DNA of 32,000 nucleotides from Wolbachia endosymbiont of Cimex lectularius (GTDB lineage Bacteria; Pseudomonadota; Alphaproteobacteria; Rickettsiales; Anaplasmataceae): NCBI RefSeq assembly GCF_000829315.1, contig NZ_AP013028.1, positions 750,001 to 782,000 of the forward strand, read 5' to 3'. Shown piece by piece: positions 26,199 to 32,000 of this stretch (position 1 is its first letter; each line of letters starts with the position of its first letter). The notes under the pieces were generated by a model. It saw only the letters and a program-made list of their open reading frames with translations, ran no database searches and was not told where the DNA came from. The position numbers and the translations under genes were made by a program.

Positions 26199-28859
26199 AT
26201 GCCGAGTTTAAGCTGCCTTTATGGTGACAATGCGGAATTTGTGGAAGAAATGTATAACCGCTATTTGCGGGGCGATAAATCAATCGGGGAGGATTGGTAC
26301 AGAATTTTTTCAAGCAATTTAGAAGCAAATCAGGCAAAGCCCTGCAGTATGCAGCATGCAGCCAAGGTGGATAATTCAGCTTCTGATCTGGCAAATTTTT
26401 TCAGATCTTACGGTCATTTTTTCGCGGATCTTAATCCGTTATCACCAAATGTAAATAAAGAAGTAGATTATCAGAAATATTCGAATATCTCTCCAACGCA
26501 TGATGCTAGCATCTATAGAGATATTTACTGCAAGAATATCGGTTTTGAATTTATGCATATTTCCTCTTATGAAGAGAGAATATGGCTACAGGAGAAAATT
26601 GAAAACCAGACCTATACACTGAGCTCTCAGGACAAAAAAGAGATACTGAGGCACTTGATCGAATCTGAGATGTTCGAGCAGTTCCTCCATATGAAATTTC
26701 CTGGATATAAGCGTTTCTCTATCGAAGGTGGAGAGTCAACTGTTGTTGCAATTGAGAGAATTATTAGTGATTCTGCGGCTTTTGGTATTGAAGAGATAGT
26801 TCTTGGCATGGCTCACCGCGGACGACTCAGTGTTCTGACCAAAGTTATGGGGAAAGAATATGCGGCAATGCTTTCTGAATTTCAAGGCAACCTTGCATAC
26901 CCAAGTGGTCTTGAGGTGTCTGGCGATGTTAAATATCACCTCGGTTACTCCTCTGATCGCACACTTGCCAGTGGTAAAAAAATGCACTTGAGTTTATGCC
27001 CTAATCCATCTCACCTTGAAGCGGTAAACCCGGTTCTGGTTGGAAGAATAAGAGCAAAGCAGAATATGAGATTTGTGCTTGGAATATCAATTCATGGTGA
27101 TGCAGCTTTCATCGGGCAAGGAGTGGTTGCTGAAACTCTGACCTTGAGCAATATTGAGGGTTATAAAGTGGATGGCATTGTACACATTGTCATTAATAAC
27201 CAAATTGGTTTTACTGCGAGCCCATGCTGCGCGCGGTCATCTTTTTATTGTACTGATATAACTAAATCTATAGAAGCTCCAGTATTTCATGTGAATGGAG
27301 ATAATCCAGAAGCGGTGAGTTTTGTTGCAAGTTTGGCAATGGAATATAGGCAGAAATTTAAAAAGGATGTGGTGATTGACATAATATGTTACCGCAAATA
27401 TGGCCATAATGAAGGTGATGAGCCAAATTTCACTCAGCCACTCATGTACAAGGCAATATCAAAGCATAAGACTCCAGGGACACTGTATGGAGAGAAGCTG
27501 ACTGCAGAGAAAGTGCTAAGTAGTGATGAAGTGAGTAAATTACGCAGCGAATTTAGGGCAGGATTGGATAAAAGCCTTACTGAATCAGCGACTTACACTC
27601 CAAAAAAAGCTGACTGGTTTGGTGGTGTGTGGTCAAAACTGAGAAGAGCAAAGTTGAACGGTTTGAGCGAGTATTATACGGATTCTGGTGTTTCGCCAGA
27701 TGAGCTAAAAAAGTTAGGTGTACACATAAATAGCAATATCCCAAGCAGTTTTAATATCAACAATAAGGTTAGAAAAATACTCGATGGAAGAATAGACAGT
27801 ATAAATTCCGGTAGCAATGTAGACTGGGCAACGGCTGAAAGTCTTGCGTTTGCATCGCTGCTTACAGAAGGAATAGGAGTGCGTTTGTCAGGACAAGATT
27901 CTGGCCGTGGGACTTTCTCGCACCGTCATTCAAGGCTTGTTGATCAAACAACGGAGGAAACGTTTATTCCGCTAAACAATATAAGTGAGAAGCAAGCTCA
28001 CTTTGAAGTCATGGATAGCGCTCTGTCTGAGTATGCTGTGATGGGCTTTGAATATGGATACAGTCTTGACTCTCCATATTCACTGGTGCTCTGGGAAGGG
28101 CAATTTGGTGATTTTGCAAATGGCGCGCAAATCATGATCGACCAGTTTATTGCATCGGCAGAAACAAAGTGGTTGCGGTCGAGCGGTCTAGTTTTACTGT
28201 TGCCTCATGGTTATGAAGGGCAGGGGCCTGAACATAGTTCTGCTCGTATAGAGAGATTTTTGCAACTCTGCGCGGAAGATAATATGCAGATAGTGAATTG
28301 CTCCACTCCGGCGAATTACTTTCATGTTTTGCGCCGGCAAATTCATCGGGATTTTCGTAAGCCTTTGGTGGTGTTTACACCTAAATCGCTATTGCGTCAC
28401 AAAAGAGCAGTTTCTCAACTGTCTGACTTTGAAGGGAAATTCCTCACGGTAATTCCAGAATATAGAACAGGTTTAGTTTCAGATGACAAAATACGCAAAG
28501 CCATAATATGCAGTGGCAAAGTTTATTACGATATAATTGAAGCATGTGAAAGACAAAAAATAAACGATATAGCAGTAATACGTTTGGAGCAGTTCTATCC
28601 ATTTCCTGCAGATAAATTAAGTAATGAACTTGAGAAGTACAAAAACGCTGAGATTGTATGGTGTCAAGAAGAACCAAAAAATATGGGAGGATGGTTCTTT
28701 GTCAATCCATTGATAGAAGAAGTGTTATCCAATCTTAATATTCAAGCAAAAAGACCTAAGTGTATCGCAAGACCTGCTGCTGCATCTCCTGCATGTGGTT
28801 ATGCTAGTGTTCACACGCAGCAGCAAGAGGAGATTTTGAGGTGGGTAGTATCCGTTTAA
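26199..28859 (+). CDS. sucA: 2-oxoglutarate dehydrogenase E1 component
   Basis: About 886 aa from MPSLSCLYGDNAEFVEEMY. It has the thiamine-diphosphate-dependent E1o hallmarks (RFSIEGGES, GMAHRGRLSVL, HGDAAF.GQGVV.E, NNQIGFT, GHNE.DEP.FTQP, GQD..RGTFSHRH, FGDF.NGAQ). Length is typical. Confidence 0.95.
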   Translation: MPSLSCLYGDNAEFVEEMYNRYLRGDKSIGEDWYRIFSSNLEANQAKPCSMQHAAKVDNSASDLANFFRSYGHFFADLNPLSPNVNKEVDYQKYSNISPTHDASIYRDIYCKNIGFEFMHISSYEERIWLQEKIENQTYTLSSQDKKEILRHLIESEMFEQFLHMKFPGYKRFSIEGGESTVVAIERIISDSAAFGIEEIVLGMAHRGRLSVLTKVMGKEYAAMLSEFQGNLAYPSGLEVSGDVKYHLGYSSDRTLASGKKMHLSLCPNPSHLEAVNPVLVGRIRAKQNMRFVLGISIHGDAAFIGQGVVAETLTLSNIEGYKVDGIVHIVINNQIGFTASPCCARSSFYCTDITKSIEAPVFHVNGDNPEAVSFVASLAMEYRQKFKKDVVIDIICYRKYGHNEGDEPNFTQPLMYKAISKHKTPGTLYGEKLTAEKVLSSDEVSKLRSEFRAGLDKSLTESATYTPKKADWFGGVWSKLRRAKLNGLSEYYTDSGVSPDELKKLGVHINSNIPSSFNINNKVRKILDGRIDSINSGSNVDWATAESLAFASLLTEGIGVRLSGQDSGRGTFSHRHSRLVDQTTEETFIPLNNISEKQAHFEVMDSALSEYAVMGFEYGYSLDSPYSLVLWEGQFGDFANGAQIMIDQFIASAETKWLRSSGLVLLLPHGYEGQGPEHSSARIERFLQLCAEDNMQIVNCSTPANYFHVLRRQIHRDFRKPLVVFTPKSLLRHKRAVSQLSDFEGKFLTVIPEYRTGLVSDDKIRKAIICSGKVYYDIIEACERQKINDIAVIRLEQFYPFPADKLSNELEKYKNAEIVWCQEEPKNMGGWFFVNPLIEEVLSNLNIQAKRPKCIARPAAASPACGYASVHTQQQEEILRWVVSV

Positions 28860-28919
28860 TAATGTGACAAAAAAAGCTGTTGCATGATTGAAATAAGGTT
28901 ATTCACGCTTAGAACCTGT

Positions 28920-29447
28920 TTAAAATCTTCGTAACAGGAGAGAAATGAAGGAGAGGACTATCATCTGTAAGCTAGTGTTGAGCTTCCGCTCGCAATTTTT
29001 CCACAATCGCCTGCACTTTTCTAACCAGGCAAAAGAGCGTTCAACAACCCATCTTTTTGGCAATACGACGAAAGTGTGTAACTCACTTCGCTTTATTACT
29101 TCAACAGTCGCACCAATGATAGCTTTTATTTGTGTTGCAAAATTTTCTCCTGTGTAGCCAGCATCAACCAGTATGTTTTTAACTTCAGAGAGGTTTGCTT
29201 TAGCATTTTCGACCATTTTCACAGCACTGCTACGGTCAGTTGCTTCTGCCGTTGTTACATAAATTGCATGTGGCAAACCTTGTGTATCAACTGCAATATG
29301 GCGCTTTATCCCTGAAATCTTTTTACCTGCATCATAGCCTTTTTTTTCAGCAGTATCTGCGTTTTTAACGCTTTGAGAATCAATTATACAAAAGCTAGTT
29401 TTCTCTTTCCGACCATTGCTGATACGGACCTCTCCAACTAATTTTTT
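28920..29447 (-). CDS. IS5-family transposase OrfB (DDE domain), reached by a +1 frame change in an A8 run
   Basis: The frame opens at 29447 immediately after in-frame TAG and TAA. It reads KKLVGEVRISNGRKEKTSFCIIDSQSVKNADTAEKKGYDAGKKISGIKRHIAVDTQGLPHAI...VDAGY...ERSFAWLEKCRRL.... Confidence 0.8.
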   Translation of the reverse strand, partial: KKLVGEVRISNGRKEKTSFCIIDSQSVKNADTAEKKGYDAGKKISGIKRHIAVDTQGLPHAIYVTTAEATDRSSAVKMVENAKANLSEVKNILVDAGYTGENFATQIKAIIGATVEVIKRSELHTFVVLPKRWVVERSFAWLEKCRRLWKNCERKLNTSLQMIVLSFISLLLRRF

Positions 29448-29715
29448 TTAAGACTAATTCCAACAAGCTTGGCTCTTCTCCATTCTTTTTACTCCACACT
29501 CGAAAATAGTAATATACGCTTTCCCATCTTGGAAAACCCTTTGATAACATCCTCCACTGACAACCACTTTTTAAGACGTACAACACCCCACAAAATACGT
29601 CATACAAATCAAGTTTTCTTGGTTTTGTTTTCTGCTTGCTACTCTCCAAAATTGGCCTGATTTTTTCAAACTGCTCTTGACTTATATTACTTGGATAACT
29701 TTTCTGCATAGACAC
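29395..29715 (-). CDS. IS5-family transposase OrfA (one Pro to Ser difference)
   Basis: RMLSKGFP versus RMLPKGFP in copies 1 and 2 (plus-strand A at 29544 instead of G). Confidence 0.9.
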   Translation of the reverse strand: MSMQKSYPSNISQEQFEKIRPILESSKQKTKPRKLDLYDVFCGVLYVLKSGCQWRMLSKGFPRWESVYYYFRVWSKKNGEEPSLLELVLKKISWRGPYQQWSEREN

Positions 29716-29945
29716 CTCATTATTAATCTATGCTTACTTTACCTCACATTTCCAAGATTTTAAACAGGTTCTTACAGCTTTTGCACTAGATATAACAGAG
29801 AAGACGTGAATAAAAACCCAATAAAAAAACTAGATGAAATTGCTTGACAGCATGCACTGTGGTTTTTGATGTCTTTAACACTTGATTATGCCAATCTTTA
29901 ATGTTTGTATAGTAAAATGTAAATTTATTATTGTGTGAGGTAGGT

Positions 29946-30934
29946 ATGAACTCAGAAGAAATGTTACTTCGTGCTATAGAACAAGGAGAGGCACCTGTAG
30001 TTAGAAGCCTTGTCAATAGCGGTACCAATGTTCTTGCTAGAATAGCTGCTAGTGATGATGATGCCTTAATAGTGCTTGCATCGGAAGAATATTACAACTT
30101 TAGTCACAGCCCGGATGATTATCTTCCTCTGTGTTTTGCTGTTTTACGTGTAGTTCGGAAATTGTTGAAACCTTATTAGATGCAGGTTCCCAGGTTAATT
30201 TTGCGAATAAAAATAGTGATACTCCGCTACACTTAGCTGCTCTTGTTGAAAATCCAGAAATGGTGAAAATTTTGCTTAGATGGGGCGCAGATCCCAATGC
30301 TATCAACATATGTTTTGAAAGACCTTTACACTTTACTGCTTTTCATATTAATGCAGATATTGTTAAAATTCTAAAAGAAGCAGGAGCAAAACTTGATAGT
30401 CAAAATCAAGATGAAGAGACACCTTTACACTTAGCTATACTTCATAATAACAATAAAGTAGCTAAAACTCTAATTGAACTAGGGGCGAATGTTAATATTC
30501 AAGGTCGTAGAGACGGTAATACGCCACTACATTTAGCTGTCCAGCATAGAAAAGACCCGTCTATTATTTTAGATCTAGTAACAGCAAGAGGCGCTGATGT
30601 TAATATTCGGAATAGCCAAGGCAATACACCATTACACCTAATTGCTCGTCAAGCTGAATATGGAGATATCAAAAATGCTGTTAGCTTCATAAATGCAAGA
30701 GAAATAGGTCAATCTTGTCGAAGGGAAAGCAGTATCATAGATATTGTCAGAATTTTGATGATAAATGGCGCTGATCCTAGTATTAAAAATAAGCGTGGAA
30801 AGGTGCTGGAACACGACAGTGTAACTGAATTTCTAGAGGAAAGGTCAAGGTCAGGTTTAATACAAACACCAGGTTCTAGATTGAGTAATGTGAGTGATGA
30901 ACCAATTGCAGGACCTTCCTGGCAACGAAACTAA
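29946..30934 (+). pseudogene. Ankyrin-repeat gene with a single frameshift near 30150
   Basis: MNSEEMLLRAIEQGEAPVVRSLVNSGTNV...LPLCFAVLR runs to a stop at 30177-30179. The -1 frame continues as SSEIVETLLDAGSQVNFANKNSDTPLHLAA... with about 6 more ANK repeats. One added base at cgtg|tag would give ...AVLRGSSEIVETLL. Confidence 0.7.
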
Positions 30935-31531
30935 CTAAGCTTCACCTCCCACTAGTGGAATGTTGCTCCAACTGCTGCTACCGTAGTTATCAATAGAAGC
31001 GCTCAGGTAATCTGTATCAAAGCGAACGGGCACATCAAATTCAAAACTTGCAGTGATTATTGCATCCTTCATTGGTGGTTTGGTAAACATAATTTCTCCA
31101 GTTGAATAATTCACTGAATATCTTCCTGTCTCTATACCATCTAGGTAAATTTTTATTGTATCATGTACTGGCTTTTTAATCGTTCGTATATGCTTGTCTT
31201 TTCCGCTAACATAGGTTTTGATCAGTTGAAAAGTCGTTTTTTTGTTGTCTCCTATTCCAATTTCTTGGTTGGTGGCTGTGAAATCTGACCAATCCTTAAA
31301 ACGAAACCCTATTGCTCTACCTTTTCGTGCGTTAAAAAATGTTATGAGTTCTGTTAGCTGCTCATTTGATCTGACTCCATAAGCTATGTTGTACCTAGCA
31401 CGCGCATGAGACCAGTTGATATTGCGCTGTTCACAACCATTGTGGGTTGTTACGACATCAGTGGAAAATTCCGGTCCTCCAGTTGAACCGTAAGATATAT
31501 TTTCTGGAAATCTCATTTCTGTAAATGACAT
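30935..31531 (-). CDS. DUF2460/TIGR02217-type phage or gene-transfer-agent (RcGTA g12-like) protein
   Basis: MSFTEMRFPENISYGSTGGPEFSTDVV....G.EQRN..W...R..Y.....VRS...L..LI.FF.AR.GR..GFRFKDW.D, the N-terminal signature I associate with this family. ATG at 31531 follows AGGAGG. Confidence 0.65.
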   Translation of the reverse strand: MSFTEMRFPENISYGSTGGPEFSTDVVTTHNGCEQRNINWSHARARYNIAYGVRSNEQLTELITFFNARKGRAIGFRFKDWSDFTATNQEIGIGDNKKTTFQLIKTYVSGKDKHIRTIKKPVHDTIKIYLDGIETGRYSVNYSTGEIMFTKPPMKDAIITASFEFDVPVRFDTDYLSASIDNYGSSSWSNIPLVGGEA

Positions 31532-31742
31532 ATGTCCTCCTGAAAAATAAAGTTGAAATAATGTGGCTGAAGAAGGTTTTGGAGGCGTTTCACACAGCAA
31601 ACGATATCATGAAAGTGGCTGAAACTTTATACCACTAAGATAACGTTTTAAACTGCTGCTATATTTATCACACCTACAGTTACTATACTTAAGTTTACTT
31701 GTACTGTCAAGCAAAAAAATAAAATTTTATAGCAAACTGAAA

Positions 31743-32000
31743 CTAGCCTTGTTTATGGCTTAATTCATCTACTTTTTCGCGTAACACATCCAAATCAGTT
31801 GCTCCTACAAACAGACTATCCCCAATTATTAAAAAAGGTGTACCGCCTACTCCTAGGTTCCTTACTAAAAGTCTGCTGTTGTTTATCATCTGTTCAATTT
31901 TGTCCGCATTGTTTTTCATAGAGTCATTGAAGTCGTTTTCATTGATTCCTATGCTTTTCACTATACCCAATATATTTTCGTCTGAACATTCTCCTTTGTG
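31743..32000 (-). CDS. DsbA-like thiol:disulfide oxidoreductase, C-terminal part (5' end outside the window)
   Basis: The frame stays open to nt 32000. ...LGVGGTPFLIIGDSLFVGATDLDVL... is the cis-Pro (GTP) loop region typical of DsbA-family proteins. Confidence 0.6.
   Translation of the reverse strand, partial: HKGECSDENILGIVKSIGINENDFNDSMKNNADKIEQMINNSRLLVRNLGVGGTPFLIIGDSLFVGATDLDVLREKVDELSHKQG

Larger units (their letters stand above)
28912..29771 (-). mobile_element. IS5-family insertion sequence, copy 3 (860 bp), the only copy with both frames intact
   Basis: Same IRs. Matching TTA duplications at 28909-28911 and 29772-29774. Confidence 0.93.

Noticed and set aside
24785-29771. IS copy 2, then the ANK 3' half, then sucA, then IS copy 3, read as a composite transposon
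   Set aside because: Each IS carries its own matching TTA/TTA duplication. This argues for two independent simple insertions rather than mobilisation of the whole segment, and sucA is a core gene.
30935-31531. The presence of a prophage in the window
   Set aside because: There is only one phage/GTA-type gene plus a decayed fibre-like fragment 13 kb away. No capsid, terminase, integrase or lysis genes are visible.

Overview
Visibly AT-rich chromosome segment. Its gene content and style point to an obligate intracellular alphaproteobacterium of the Anaplasmataceae, most plausibly Wolbachia; this is inferred from content and no search was run. Housekeeping genes are scattered singly rather than in their classical operons: petA, gyrA, rsmE, a DEAD-box helicase with a cold-shock gene, pmbA, atpG, uvrD, trxA, rnd, sucA, plus tRNA-Val(UAC), a tRNA with a CAU anticodon and tRNA-Gly(GCC). 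Between them lies accessory material. (1) There are four ankyrin-repeat (ANK) loci, and three are damaged by IS insertion, frameshift or truncation. (2) There are three near-identical, directly oriented copies of an 860/861-bp IS5-family element. Each copy carries a different private change, and two of these break the transposase. (3) A mosaic intergenic repeat family occurs four times, and three copies keep an exact TTGACA-N17-TATCAT/TATAAT promoter. (4) Several orphan proteins look like host-directed effectors: an 825-aa coiled-coil protein with a PPKKRKL NLS-like motif, a 175-aa acidic protein with two (S/D)-W-E-I-V LIR-like motifs, and proteins with paired C-terminal hydrophobic helices. 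(5) There is an isolated gene-transfer-agent/phage-like DUF2460 gene and a degraded tail-fibre-like remnant. No rRNA, CRISPR array or intact prophage is visible. All functional calls rest on motifs I can read in the translations; no database search was possible.
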